Assembly: GCA_014297435.1 (NCBI GenBank)
Contig: JACOQA010000002.1
Span: forward strand, 64,001-128,000
Direction of reading: 5' to 3'
Length of the DNA stretch: 64,000 nucleotides
From: Candidatus Nanohaloarchaea archaeon
Lineage (GTDB): Archaea > Nanohalarchaeota > Nanosalinia > Nanosalinales > Nanosalinaceae
In this document: one piece after another, positions 10,447-20,724 of the stretch
Position numbering within the stretch: the first letter of the stretch is position 1
How the letters are laid out: every line of letters begins with the position of its first letter
The notes under the pieces: generated by a model
Told to the model about the DNA's origin: nothing
Databases searched by the model: none
What the model saw: only the letters and a program-made list of their open reading frames with translations
Translations under genes and position numbers: made by a program

Positions 10447-11016
10447 TTACTGATTTTCCTGATACTCTTCAACTGCTTCTTCTAACATTTGCTTATTTTC
10501 TTCAAACAAATCATCAGCATTTTTCTTTGATTCTGCTCTTTGAGATTCATAGTTAACTAGATTCAATAAGCCCTGTGAATCTTCGTCCCCCATCAGTGCT
10601 TCAGCATAGTTGTCCGATCTTTGTTCTGATGAAAAGATGACATCGTGAATGGCACCATCACTTTGCTCGTAGATAGTGGCTATTGAATCCACAACAGCTC
10701 TACCCACACTTCTCCATTTATCTAGGGAATTATCTTGTGCATTCTCAACAGCGTTTGCGAAATGGACTGCGCCTCCATATACTGCTGAAGCTCCGTCTAC
10801 CAGGCTGTGTTCTCCTTCTCCCTCAGCAACATCGTTCGCCACCTCATATAGTCTTTCAACATCTTCTATCTCGACACCCGGAGTCATGTCCGAGGCGAAT
10901 TTCACAGTATCAAATCCGTACTCGAAGTGACCTTCGGTTTTCTCGGAAACTCCTGCGCCTTGTTCCAAAGCCTCATCAAGATGTTGTTCGACCGTTTGTT
11001 GAAGTTCGTCTTTCAT
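10447..11016 (-). CDS. Hypothetical acidic protein
   Basis: 189-aa ORF with a TATA-like element about 24 nt upstream (11040-11047). Confidence 0.75.
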   Translation of the reverse strand: MKDELQQTVEQHLDEALEQGAGVSEKTEGHFEYGFDTVKFASDMTPGVEIEDVERLYEVANDVAEGEGEHSLVDGASAVYGGAVHFANAVENAQDNSLDKWRSVGRAVVDSIATIYEQSDGAIHDVIFSSEQRSDNYAEALMGDEDSQGLLNLVNYESQRAESKKNADDLFEENKQMLEEAVEEYQENQ

Positions 11017-11140
11017 ATGTAGTTATTTAAATCGAATACTTATAAATGTTACTGTGTAGTAGTTACACTTTTTTGTTGGATTTAGGGACCCATCAACATT
11101 AACTTAACTTCTAAAACTAGAATCTATACGTGATCCACGA

Positions 11141-11173
11141 ATGAAGGGTGGACGTTTTTCCAACAAAAGGTAG
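11141..11173 (+). CDS. Candidate micro-ORF MKGGRFSNKR (GG-leader family copy C)
   Basis: ATG AAG GGT GGA CGT TTT; shares AAGGGTGGACGTTTT with copy A; degenerate TATA TTCTAAAA ends 24 nt upstream. Confidence 0.4.
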   Translation: MKGGRFSNKR

Positions 11174-11226
11174 AATCGAAGCTGTAAAACCTGTTCTAGA
11201 AAAAGCTTTCTTCACAAGTGGTCTGT

Positions 11227-12495
11227 ATGCTTGATATCGAACTTTTCCGAAACAATCCCGAGAAGATTAAGGAGTCGGAGAAACGCCGCGACAAAGAACC
11301 TTCAAAGGTAGATAAGGTTGTAAAGACCGATGAGGAATGGCGTGAAAAGCTCCAGGAACTCGATAAGTTAAGACAGGAAAGAAATACTGTAGGCGATGAA
11401 ATAGCTTCGCTTAAACAAGAGGGTGAGGAAGCTTCCGAGAAGATCGAAAGAATGCAGGAAGTGAAAGAGAAGATATCTGAATTGGAGGAAGAAGTTGAAG
11501 ATCTCAAAGAGGAAAGAGATGAACTTCGTTACGAAATCGGTAATATCCTCCATGAATCCGTTCCTAAAGGCATGGATGAAGAAGATAACGTAGAGGAGAG
11601 AACTTGGGAGCCTGAGAATGGGAAGGACGAGGATTCCAGACTGGCAGCCGATATTATCGAAGAAAACGATTTAGTTGAGACAGAGAAGGCTGCAGAACTG
11701 GCAGGAGAAAGAGCTTACTACCTGAAAAAAGACTTGTTCCGCTTGAACCAGGCCTTGATCCAGTTCTCGATGGACCTTTTGAGCGAGAAAGGTTTCACAC
11801 CGATGCAGACACCTTACATGCTAAAGCACGAGCCTATGGCGGCAGCAGCCGAGCTCGAGGACTTTGAAGAACAGCTATACAAGATAGAAGATGAGGACAA
11901 GTACCTTATCGCTACTTCCGAACAGACCTTGGCTACTTTCCATAAGGACGATATCCTGCTTCCTGACGAGTTTCCGAAAAAGTACGCAGGATTTTCAACC
12001 AACTTCAGGCAGGAAGCCGGCAAACACGGACAACAAACCAGAGGCATCTGGAGAGTCCACCAATTCGAGAAAGTGGAGCAGTACATCTTCTGCAAACCCG
12101 AAAATTCGTGGGAGCTCCACGAGGAACTGCTTGATAACGCGGAAGAAGTTATGCAGGAGCTTGGACTTCCTTACCGCGTTGTGAACGTCTGTACTGGCGA
12201 TATGAATGATAATGCCGCGAAGAAGTACGATATCGAGGTCTGGAGACCTCCAATCGGCGAGTACGGAGAGGTCGTCTCGTGCTCTAACTGTACCGACTTC
12301 CAAGCCAGAAAAGTAAACGTCAGGATTCGCGGAAGCGATGAAAATCATGTAGCACATACATTAAACGCTACAGCAGTCGCAACCTCAAGGATCATGACAG
12401 CAATTATAGAGAACAATCAGGAAGAGGAAGGAGTAAGAATTCCTGAACCGCTCCAAAACTACATGGGCGGACAAAAGTACATAGAGACAGTTTAG
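11227..12495 (+). CDS. serS: Serine--tRNA ligase
   Basis: N-terminal coiled-coil arm, YLIATSEQ, FRQEAG, GIWRVHQFEKVEQ, EVVSCSNCTDFQAR, HTLNAT. Confidence 0.97.
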   Translation: MLDIELFRNNPEKIKESEKRRDKEPSKVDKVVKTDEEWREKLQELDKLRQERNTVGDEIASLKQEGEEASEKIERMQEVKEKISELEEEVEDLKEERDELRYEIGNILHESVPKGMDEEDNVEERTWEPENGKDEDSRLAADIIEENDLVETEKAAELAGERAYYLKKDLFRLNQALIQFSMDLLSEKGFTPMQTPYMLKHEPMAAAAELEDFEEQLYKIEDEDKYLIATSEQTLATFHKDDILLPDEFPKKYAGFSTNFRQEAGKHGQQTRGIWRVHQFEKVEQYIFCKPENSWELHEELLDNAEEVMQELGLPYRVVNVCTGDMNDNAAKKYDIEVWRPPIGEYGEVVSCSNCTDFQARKVNVRIRGSDENHVAHTLNATAVATSRIMTAIIENNQEEEGVRIPEPLQNYMGGQKYIETV

Positions 12496-12779
12496 GCGCT
12501 GTGGGAGATTTCTCCGACCTTGCAATCCTCCTCTATCTTTTCTCCACCACAGCTTTCGTTTTCCGGAGCCGAAAGCAAAGCCATCAACTGAGTGTCCCTC
12601 AAACCTTTACCAGAGGAATTTTCTAGAGCATTCATAACGTCTTCTCTAAGATCCATCTCTTCATAATGTTCTGTATAGAAATCCTTCATCCCTTCTAGTT
12701 CTCTTCCGGTGTATTGACCTGTTTGACTTAGCTTCTGACTGAAAACATCGTAGGTCTCTATCTCGAAGTATTGGGACAT
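12492..12779 (-). CDS. Hypothetical protein
   Basis: 95-aa acidic ORF with a TATA-like element upstream (about 12807-12812). Confidence 0.6.
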   Translation of the reverse strand: MSQYFEIETYDVFSQKLSQTGQYTGRELEGMKDFYTEHYEEMDLREDVMNALENSSGKGLRDTQLMALLSAPENESCGGEKIEEDCKVGEISHSA

Positions 12780-12821
12780 GCTAACGTACCTGCTTCAATC
12801 TGAAGATTTATAAGAGATTGA

Positions 12822-13112
12822 CTAGTTTCCATCGCCGAACTCCCCCAGAGGGATCTCTGATGAGCCAAGATAATCAAAGGAATGTTCGTAATTCAGACCT
12901 CCATCAGCGACAGTTTCCTGATTTTCCTCTTCAAGCATCTCTGACTGGAAACCGTCCATCCCAAGCTGCTCGATATAATCCGGATCTTCGATTCCATAAG
13001 CTTCATCGCCCTCAACCATCAAATCGTCCTCTTTACTGGATTCGATATAGCCTTCAGGGTCTTGAACGATTGGAACTTCCGGATCTCTTCCTATCCTAGG
13101 ACAGTAATCCAT
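12822..13112 (-). CDS. Hypothetical acidic protein with a TVADGG motif, downstream of leader A
   Basis: 96 aa; its ATG overlaps the stop of the His/Thr micro-ORF (TAATG). Confidence 0.7.
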   Translation of the reverse strand: MDYCPRIGRDPEVPIVQDPEGYIESSKEDDLMVEGDEAYGIEDPDYIEQLGMDGFQSEMLEEENQETVADGGLNYEHSFDYLGSSEIPLGEFGDGN

Positions 13113-13186
13113 TATAAACCCTCTCCAGATGTTTTTTCAGGTTTTGCGATGCGGCACCGTATTGTTGTGTGGTTGTGTGTTGTCAT
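13112..13186 (-). CDS. Candidate His/Thr-rich micro-ORF MTTHNHTTIRCRIAKPEKTSGEGL
   Basis: Translated by hand; stop overlaps the next start; similar to 22884-22964. Confidence 0.55.
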   Translation of the reverse strand: MTTHNHTTIRCRIAKPEKTSGEGL

Positions 13187-13298
13187 ATCGAGTAGAACCT
13201 CGAAAAGAGAATTATTGGTTTAATGCAGCACTGCCACATTCACTGCGGCAGCGGAGAACATTTTAATTGAATGTTTAATTGAGGAGATCTGAGAAAAC

Positions 13299-13355
13299 TT
13301 AGAGCAGAAGCTTCCGGGACTCAAGCACAAAACGTCCACCCTTGATTCCGCTCAT
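13299..13355 (-). CDS. Candidate leaderless micro-ORF MSGIKGGRFVLESRKLLL (GG-leader copy A)
   Basis: TATATAA (13380-13386) ends 24 nt before the ATG; in-frame AAG GGT GGA CGT. Confidence 0.55.
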   Translation of the reverse strand: MSGIKGGRFVLESRKLLL

Positions 13356-13400
13356 ATCCTAACAAAGTTCAGAAGACAGTTATATAGTTTAGGACGGTTT

Positions 13401-14606
13401 CTACCAGACCATCAGTGAGTGCTCATCCCTTACAAGATCCTCATCCCATTTTTCAGGAACATTTTCAGGAACAAGTTTCCTGAGCTCCTCTTGATTCACT
13501 TCACCCAGAAGTCTTTTTCGCTCCTCTTTCATCTGTCCGGGTCTGTTTCTTATTGCGTCACGATCAGGCTCACCGTCAAAGCTTCCTCTAACGGCGTTAC
13601 CCAGTATGTGCGCCATGTCGTTGACGTCCTCGCCATTGATCCTCATGTCGTTATCGGAGTAAAGGATGAACTCGAGATCCGGATTAAATACGTATCTCCC
13701 GTCCCCGTCTGCCTCAACTAGGTATTCAGGAGCGCTCCTATCAATATGACCGAGCAAGCCAAGTCCATTGAGGGTTGCGGCGTGGCGACCCCACATCTCC
13801 GCGTCGTTCTTAGAGATACCCATACTATCAACAGGCTCTGACCATGAGTGAAGTATTCCAACATCAAGGTTCGATTTTTCATAACCTCTGTTTCTCGTTT
13901 TCGGTTCTTTGCTGTCTACCCATAATTGTTCAGGTCTTGTGAGACGTGTGAGTCCAGGATGTATTTGTCCTAATTCATCGTGTACGCCTTCGTCTCTATC
14001 GAGTGCTGTTCTCAGTCCTACTTCCTGTATCCAGCCTTGTTCTCCGTTTTCTATTTGACCGTTAGTGACGTCGTAGTTTCCTTCACCGAATACCTGTTGA
14101 AGGTTGGAAAGATCGCCGGCGTCTAGAGAGCTTCGGGTTATAAGGTCAGTATCATATGATCGGGCGACGCGTATTCCTATGTACTCATTGTCATCCGAAA
14201 CTGCGTATGCTGCACTTGGAGGCTGCTTTATTCCTTCAGGATCGAAATCTTCTCTAAAGAATATTTCAAACTCTTCATCCGGACCTTCTTCTGGCTCCAC
14301 CGCCAGTTTGACATCTAGCTCGTCTCTTTTTTCGTTGTATTCCTCCCAGAGCTGTTTCTGGTCTGGTTTCATCCGGGTACCTGTATTAGTGTTTCGCCCC
14401 ATGCTTCCTGAAGCCATGTATGAATTGCCCGAACGACCGCCATCGGATAGATCCTCTACAAGTTCATAAACAGGCTCGTGGACTATATCGAACATGTCTA
14501 GGACTGACTGCGGTTCGTCATCCACGTACACTTGGATGTCCTCAATGCGGCTTATATCGTAAGAATTCACTTCCCCCTCCCCGTCATAGCTACTGGCGAG
14601 TGACAC
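13401..14606 (-). CDS. Orphan protein with an N-terminal Pol-beta-like nucleotidyltransferase motif and a C-terminal kinase-like motif
   Basis: SGSMGRNT...ELDV...DTDL, and WGRHAATL..LGLLGHID...NPDLE; ORF is solid, function is inferred. Confidence 0.5.
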   Translation of the reverse strand: MSLASSYDGEGEVNSYDISRIEDIQVYVDDEPQSVLDMFDIVHEPVYELVEDLSDGGRSGNSYMASGSMGRNTNTGTRMKPDQKQLWEEYNEKRDELDVKLAVEPEEGPDEEFEIFFREDFDPEGIKQPPSAAYAVSDDNEYIGIRVARSYDTDLITRSSLDAGDLSNLQQVFGEGNYDVTNGQIENGEQGWIQEVGLRTALDRDEGVHDELGQIHPGLTRLTRPEQLWVDSKEPKTRNRGYEKSNLDVGILHSWSEPVDSMGISKNDAEMWGRHAATLNGLGLLGHIDRSAPEYLVEADGDGRYVFNPDLEFILYSDNDMRINGEDVNDMAHILGNAVRGSFDGEPDRDAIRNRPGQMKEERKRLLGEVNQEELRKLVPENVPEKWDEDLVRDEHSLMVW

Positions 14607-14665
14607 TTATATCACTTCCGGCATCTTCAGTATGGATTTCCAAAGACCTGATAGAAGACTGCGAG

Positions 14666-14710
14666 TTAACCTTGCAGAAAGCATCCACCTTTTATTGTGG
14701 TGTAGCGCAT
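14666..14710 (-). CDS. Candidate leaderless micro-ORF MRYTTIKGGCFLQG (GG-leader copy D)
   Basis: TTTTATAAA (14735-14743) ends 24 nt before the ATG; in-frame AAA GGT GGA. Confidence 0.5.
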   Translation of the reverse strand: MRYTTIKGGCFLQG

Positions 14711-14808
14711 ACTTTATAGCGTTCAAACTCAGAATTTATAAAAGGACGTGGAGTCAGCGCCTCTAAAACCAGTATGGATTTAAGTGAGTTCATGTCTCAT
14801 GGAAGGGT

Positions 14809-16857
14809 ATGGAAACAACGGTCATGGTCGGGGAGAAGCCCAAAGTCGCCTCCCGGATCGCCAACGCCCTCGGAAACTACGACACCAAGACCAACCGAGG
14901 GGTCAAGAACTACGTAATCAAGACAGATGAGAGAAAGATAATCATAGCACCTGCCGTAGGCCACATATTCAACCTCGACCAGATCGCCGACAACTGGGAC
15001 TACCCTGTATTCGACGTAGAATGGAAGCCAACATTCGAAACTTCCGACTCGGCCGACTACATGAAGAAATACTACAACAACCTGAAAGACCAGCTGGAAA
15101 AGGCTGACACCTACATCAACGCGTGCGACTTCGACCTTGAAGGCTCTGTTATCGGATACAACGTTATCAAACACTTGACTGGTGCCGATGAAGAAAGAAT
15201 CGAACGCATGAAGTTCTCGACACTGACTCCTTCCGACCTACAGGAAGCATTTGATAACCTGGAGGATTTTGACGCCGGAATGACAGAAGCCGGAATAACA
15301 AGACACATTCTCGACTACTACTACGGTATCAACGTTTCCCGTGCACTGATGAAAGCGGTTAGAGATAACGACCGTTACAAGACTCTTTCTACAGGACGTG
15401 TGCAGGGTCCGACACTTAAGATCTTGGCGGACAGAGAAAAAGAAATACAGGAGTTTGAACCGGATCCTTACTGGGAGCTTTACCTAAAACATGCGGAGTT
15501 TGACGCTCAGTGGGAGGAAGACGAGGACAGGATCTGGGACCAAGAAACAGCGAACGACAAGTTCAACAAGGTATACGGAGAAACCGAAGCAGAAGTCACA
15601 AACGTGAAGGTAAACAACTATACGCACAAGCCACCGATACCTTTCAACCTGACAGGACTACAGAGCGAGGCCTCATCACAGTTCCGTATAAGCCCAAAGA
15701 AGACGCAGTCGATCGCGCAAACACTTTACGAAAACGGGCTTATCTCTTATCCTAGAACCGAGTCACAGAAACTGCCGCCGAAGATCGGATACAAGAACAT
15801 ACTGAACAAGCTGAAGGGTCAGGAAAGCTACGATAATCTGGCGAAAAAAGTACTGAAAAAAGATAAAAACGACAACCTTTACACGACGCAGGGAAGTAAA
15901 GAAGACGACGCACACCCTGCAATCTATCCAACAGGAGAAAGCCCGGGCGGAAAACTGTCAAAACAGGAGAAAAAAGTCTATGATTTAATTGTAAAACGTT
16001 TCTTCGCCGTATTCGGCAAACCAGCCAAACGTCAATCCCTTACCTTCACTCTCGACGTTAAGGAAGAAGAGTTCAAGGCCAAGTCAAAGGTTACAAAGAA
16101 GAGGAACTGGTACGAGCTCTACGATCCATACGTTAAAGTGGATTCGGCCGATCTCCCGGACATGGAGGAAGGCCAGACACTCCAGGTAGAAGACTTCGAA
16201 CTTGTTGACAAAGAAACGCAGCCACCTAACCGTTACAGCCAGTCAAAGATTGTCAACGAGCTTGAGAAACGAGAACTAGGTACAAAAGCGACACGTGCCG
16301 ACACCGTAGACCGCCTTTACGACAGGAACTACATCGAAGAGGAGCCTATCGAAGTAACGGACCTGGGACTTGCGATCGTAAACACTCTAGAGGACTACTG
16401 TGGCAACATCGTCTCCGAAGAGCTTACACGCGAATTCGAGGAAAAGATGCAGGAAATAAGAGAGCAGAAAAACACGAAAGAAGAAGTTCTGGAAGAGGCA
16501 AGAAACGAGTTAGGAGATATACTCGAAAAGTTCAAGGAGAAACAGAAACAGATTGGTTCAGAGCTTGTCGACACAATCGACTCCGAAAGAGAACGCAGAA
16601 GAAGACTAGGTCCATGCGATATCGAGGATTGTGACGGCACCCTAAAAATAATCAAGGCAAACGGCTCAAAATTCGTAGGATGCTCAAACTACCCTGACTG
16701 CGAAAACACATACCCATTACCGAACAACGGAGATATAAAGTCGACAAACGAGGTCTGCGAGGAATGCGGAACACCTAAGATCTTCGTAAGCAGGAAGAAA
16801 GGAAAAGACTACACGATGTGCCTATTTCCGGATTGTCCTACAAAAGATTCTTGGTAG
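14809..16857 (+). CDS. topA: DNA topoisomerase I (type IA)
   Basis: TOPRIM EKP and DFDLEG, STGRVQGPTL, active-site LISYPRTES, C-terminal Cys4 zinc ribbons. Confidence 0.97.
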   Translation: METTVMVGEKPKVASRIANALGNYDTKTNRGVKNYVIKTDERKIIIAPAVGHIFNLDQIADNWDYPVFDVEWKPTFETSDSADYMKKYYNNLKDQLEKADTYINACDFDLEGSVIGYNVIKHLTGADEERIERMKFSTLTPSDLQEAFDNLEDFDAGMTEAGITRHILDYYYGINVSRALMKAVRDNDRYKTLSTGRVQGPTLKILADREKEIQEFEPDPYWELYLKHAEFDAQWEEDEDRIWDQETANDKFNKVYGETEAEVTNVKVNNYTHKPPIPFNLTGLQSEASSQFRISPKKTQSIAQTLYENGLISYPRTESQKLPPKIGYKNILNKLKGQESYDNLAKKVLKKDKNDNLYTTQGSKEDDAHPAIYPTGESPGGKLSKQEKKVYDLIVKRFFAVFGKPAKRQSLTFTLDVKEEEFKAKSKVTKKRNWYELYDPYVKVDSADLPDMEEGQTLQVEDFELVDKETQPPNRYSQSKIVNELEKRELGTKATRADTVDRLYDRNYIEEEPIEVTDLGLAIVNTLEDYCGNIVSEELTREFEEKMQEIREQKNTKEEVLEEARNELGDILEKFKEKQKQIGSELVDTIDSERERRRRLGPCDIEDCDGTLKIIKANGSKFVGCSNYPDCENTYPLPNNGDIKSTNEVCEECGTPKIFVSRKKGKDYTMCLFPDCPTKDSW

Positions 16858-16861
16858 CGGC

Positions 16862-18347
16862 TTAAATAATCTTGTAACGCTCCTCTAGATTCCTAATCTC
16901 CTCTTTGCTATGCTTGGAAAACTTTGGTTCGTATCTGTAGAAAGTTGAGAAAAAACGGACTAAGGTCCAGTTCTTGGAGCAATATCTGTCTTCATTCCGC
17001 CCGATTTCGGTTTTAAAAACATTTTCAATCTCTGAGGCTACGCTCTCATTCTTCTTTCTTATTCTAAGTTCGTTTCCTGTACACAGTATATTTGAGGCGA
17101 TACCATCTAATCTTGAGTTAGGTTTTAATGGCAATCTAATTTCAGAATTTTCGTTACCTCTAACCCCTACTTTGTATCTGAGTTGGTTTTCTCCCATTAG
17201 CCGATGTGTTTCCGCCTTTCCGAAAAGTTCAACAATTTTCGAAACCGGTGCTGCATACTTATCTTCCTCCCAAGTGTAGACCTGATGTCTGGATATCTCT
17301 AAGTTTGAGGCTATCTGACGCTGATAAAGCCCTCTTTCTTCTCTCAAGCCCTGATATTATCGCCTAAACCTTCACCCTAAGATCCTCTACCTGATGAGGT
17401 CAAAGAAGTCTTTGAAGAAGTTTGACTTCTTTCTACCTCGATAAACGTAAGTTCGGGAACCTTTTTCCAGCTTCCTTATCATTTCTTTTTTCTTACGCGG
17501 ATGAGAGAACCCCCACATTATTACAGAAATTTCCGAAGTCCCTAGGACTGAACCTCAGAAGATAGGACCCAGGTTTCCGGATCTCACCTTCGATATTGAT
17601 TCCTTGCATATCGTTCTGACATGTTTCAAGAAAAGACCTAGTAGCTGAAGAGAGCGAAACTCTATAACTCTCCTGAGGCATACACCCATCCGTGTCAAAT
17701 ACTCCTCTCCAGTAGGCGTTAGATAGGTCTCCAGAGTCAAAAATTTCTGGGCGAGATAGTTCTCCTTTCTTGTAGGATTTAGGTAGGTTGAAACAGTGTC
17801 GGATGTATCGGCAGAACCATTTGTTAGCTATTTTAAGTTCGATTTTATTGCCTCTCTCGAGTATGCAGCATGTGCTTTCTGGTAAACCGAAGAGTTTCTG
17901 AACTAGTTCCTAGAGTTTCTCGATAAATTTTCTTGAGTCTTCGAGTTCTTCCGGCTTTCCTCCATCTACTACGCTCCATATGTTAGGTCCGTTGAATCCG
18001 CCATCTCCTGCTGCTACGCCTGCAAAGTATGCAAATTTCTCGGTTTTGAGATCCGAGTTTTTTCTTGGCGGATCGAGTTTTGAGGAGTTTCGTGAGCTGG
18101 TTATGTATTCTATTTCTTGGGACATCGTTTTTTCGTTGATGAGTTCTGAGAGGATGTCCATAGACCATGTCTGTTTTTCTTTACATCTTTGCATGGTCTG
18201 AGAAGTAATATTATGTTCTTCTGGATCTAAAATGTTGTATATTTCCTTGTTTCTTTCTTTGCCTATCTTAGCGTAGGGTATAGACTTTCGGCTTTCTTCT
18301 TTGCCGTTAATAAGGGCTTTAGACAAGTTGATGATTTCCTCTGGCAT
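16862..18347 (-). pseudogene. Disrupted two-motif LAGLIDADG endonuclease-like gene with a downstream HTH segment
   Basis: FAYFAGVAAGDGG, in-frame TAG at 17910-17912, then YWRGVFDTDG in the same frame, frameshifts near 17510 and 17370, then HTH-like GLYQRQIASNLEISRHQVYTWE. Confidence 0.7.
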
Positions 18348-18434
18348 GTAGATTTATTACTGGGCTTCTTTTGAAAAGTGGAGCGGACGGAGTTCCGTTA
18401 GTTCCGGTAGAAAAAGAACAAAAACAGTTATTTA

Positions 18435-18731
18435 TCATTTAGATGACTGTTCGCCATCGTGAAGTTTTTCTCTTTCTAGGTCGATTGCGGTATCGATCAA
18501 GAGACGTCCTAGCTGCCTTCCTCTTTCCCGGGACATGCCTTTTTCTTCGAACCTGTCCGCGAACTGCTCCATGACCTGTTCCTCCCGATTCTCATCCTTT
18601 ATCTCTATATCGTTTTTCTCTTTATACTCGATGACTTTGAGGACTTCTTCCATCCTGTCATCAATTTTCTCAACTATCTCATCGTTTATACTGTCGATGT
18701 TGCCGCGGGCATCTTCCAGAGGATTCGCCAT
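18435..18731 (-). CDS. Chorismate mutase (AroQ type)
   Basis: LEDARGNIDSINDEIV...R...IEYK...DENREEQV; last gene of the Phe/Tyr operon. Confidence 0.88.
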   Translation of the reverse strand: MANPLEDARGNIDSINDEIVEKIDDRMEEVLKVIEYKEKNDIEIKDENREEQVMEQFADRFEEKGMSRERGRQLGRLLIDTAIDLEREKLHDGEQSSK

Positions 18732-18757
18732 AATAGGTTATGATTGAACGGTCTTTT

Positions 18758-19615
18758 TTACTTACGGACTTCATCGCTCAAATGCTCTATTACCAGATCT
18801 GTTCTTTCCTGCGCATCTTCAAGATCGAACTCTTCGCCCAACTCCTCAAACTTTTCTGCGAAAGCCTCTTCATCCCCTATTATTTCCTGTATCTCCTCAG
18901 CGGACTCCTTGAATCGTTCACGTACTTTTTCGTTCTCAGGGTTTTCGGCCTGTATAGAGCCGTAAAGTCCGGACTTCTGATTCAGCATTCTTGCTGTAAG
19001 ATCGGTAATTAACTGGTAGACCGGAGAAGAATATTCTGACATCTCCGAACCCGACATATCTGACTTCCTGATGGTTTCGGAAACCACGAGCTCTGAGAAA
19101 TGCATCAATCCCTGTACAAGACTCATCGCCTTATCATGCGACTCAGCATCTGTGACATGTATATGTGCGTCTTTCCGGTTCCAGAACTCTTCCATAGCCG
19201 TCCATTTCTTCCCTTCAATCGGAGTTAAGACAATTTTCTGACCTTCAACCGAGTTCGAAGGGGCATACATCGGATGCATCCCCAGAACTTCATCAGAATA
19301 CTGTTTCATAGCCTCTGTCGGCTTCTTCTTAACGCTTGTAATATCGCAGAACAAGGTATCGTCCGAAATATGTGAACCGATCTCTTCAATAACATCAACA
19401 GTTACAGCGATAGGAACTGCCACGATTACGACATCCGCATCTTTTACTATCTCGGTGTTTTCTCCAAAATCCCATCCATGTTTATTTGCCACTTCTTCGG
19501 CCTCTTCAAGACTTTCACCGGAGATAGTTATCTCGTTGTGTTCTTCGAGAAGTTTTCCTAGGTGTTGGCCGAACTGACCGGTTCCGCCGACAATAACGAT
19601 TTTTTCGTCTATCAT
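18758..19615 (-). CDS. tyrA: Prephenate dehydrogenase
   Basis: Rossmann IVGGTGQFG, DITSVK, GMHPMYAP, HDKAMSLVQGLMH. Confidence 0.92.
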   Translation of the reverse strand: MIDEKIVIVGGTGQFGQHLGKLLEEHNEITISGESLEEAEEVANKHGWDFGENTEIVKDADVVIVAVPIAVTVDVIEEIGSHISDDTLFCDITSVKKKPTEAMKQYSDEVLGMHPMYAPSNSVEGQKIVLTPIEGKKWTAMEEFWNRKDAHIHVTDAESHDKAMSLVQGLMHFSELVVSETIRKSDMSGSEMSEYSSPVYQLITDLTARMLNQKSGLYGSIQAENPENEKVRERFKESAEEIQEIIGDEEAFAEKFEELGEEFDLEDAQERTDLVIEHLSDEVRK

Positions 19616-20724
19616 AGTTCCTCCTCCAGGATGTCGAACGCTTTGTTGATTTCTTCTTTAGTTGTTGAGCCGAAACATATTCTGACATTTTGATCGCTTT
19701 CCGGACCCATAGGTTCGCCAGGAACCATCGCAACACCTTCCTCGATCATATCAAGACAGAAATCCCAGGAATCCTCTTTAACCTCGGGAAATGCATAGAT
19801 CGCTCCTTCAGGCATCTGAAAATCCCATCCTAGCTCGTTCATTCTTTCGACAAGCAGGTCTCTTCTTTCCTCGTAAACCTGCCTCATCTCTTCAACGTGT
19901 GAATCATTTTCCAGTGCTTCAAGCGCTGCAATCTGCGAGGGTTTTGGCGGACAGGCAGTTGCTCCTCTCGCGACTTTCGCAAAGTTCTCTATATCATCTT
20001 CTCTTCCTACCACCCAGCCTATTCTCCAGCCAGTCATCGCATGATTCTTCGAAACTGAACCGATCACTACAGAGTTTTCACAGTATGCTGCAGGCGAATA
20101 ATGAGTCTTTCCATAATTCAGGCGATGGTATACCTCATCGGAAAGAAGCATGACGTCATTTTCTTCACAGAACTTTCCGATGTTCTTCGCTTGTTTTTCT
20201 GTTAGCATTCTTCCTGTCGGGTTTGAAGGCGTGTTAACCACGACAAGCTCTGCATCTTTCATTTCCTGCTTTGCTTCGTCTCTAAGTTCTTCGCCATCAA
20301 AGTACTCTACTTGTGTCCACTGATTGCCGTTAACCTCACTCATCAATTTGTACGGACCCCAGCAAGGATCGTTAAATACAGCTTCTTTGTTCGAGTCAAG
20401 CATTGCCGCAAAAACAGAGTAAATCGCTCCCATTCCGCCTGTAGCAACCATAACGTTTTCTTTAGAAAGCTCGGCGTTTTTCGGACCAGTTTTTTGCTTT
20501 AATCCTTCTTCCTCAACAATGGCTTTTCTCAATTTTTCAATACCTGTTACTGATGTATATCCCTGTTTCTGTTCGACTATTCCGTCTGCTGCAGCCTTTT
20601 TAACATGTTCAGGCGTGTCAAAGCTTGGCTGACCGATATCAAATCGGACACATTTATCTTGTTCTCTTGCTTTTTCCGAAATCTTTCTGATCGAAAGCTC
20701 TATGTTTTCAATTCTTTCACGCAT
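19612..20724 (-). CDS. Class I/II PLP-dependent (aromatic/aspartate) aminotransferase
   Basis: GQPSFDTP, NTPSNPTG, SDEVY, SVSKNHAMTGWRIG. Confidence 0.92.
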   Translation of the reverse strand: MRERIENIELSIRKISEKAREQDKCVRFDIGQPSFDTPEHVKKAAADGIVEQKQGYTSVTGIEKLRKAIVEEEGLKQKTGPKNAELSKENVMVATGGMGAIYSVFAAMLDSNKEAVFNDPCWGPYKLMSEVNGNQWTQVEYFDGEELRDEAKQEMKDAELVVVNTPSNPTGRMLTEKQAKNIGKFCEENDVMLLSDEVYHRLNYGKTHYSPAAYCENSVVIGSVSKNHAMTGWRIGWVVGREDDIENFAKVARGATACPPKPSQIAALEALENDSHVEEMRQVYEERRDLLVERMNELGWDFQMPEGAIYAFPEVKEDSWDFCLDMIEEGVAMVPGEPMGPESDQNVRICFGSTTKEEINKAFDILEEEL

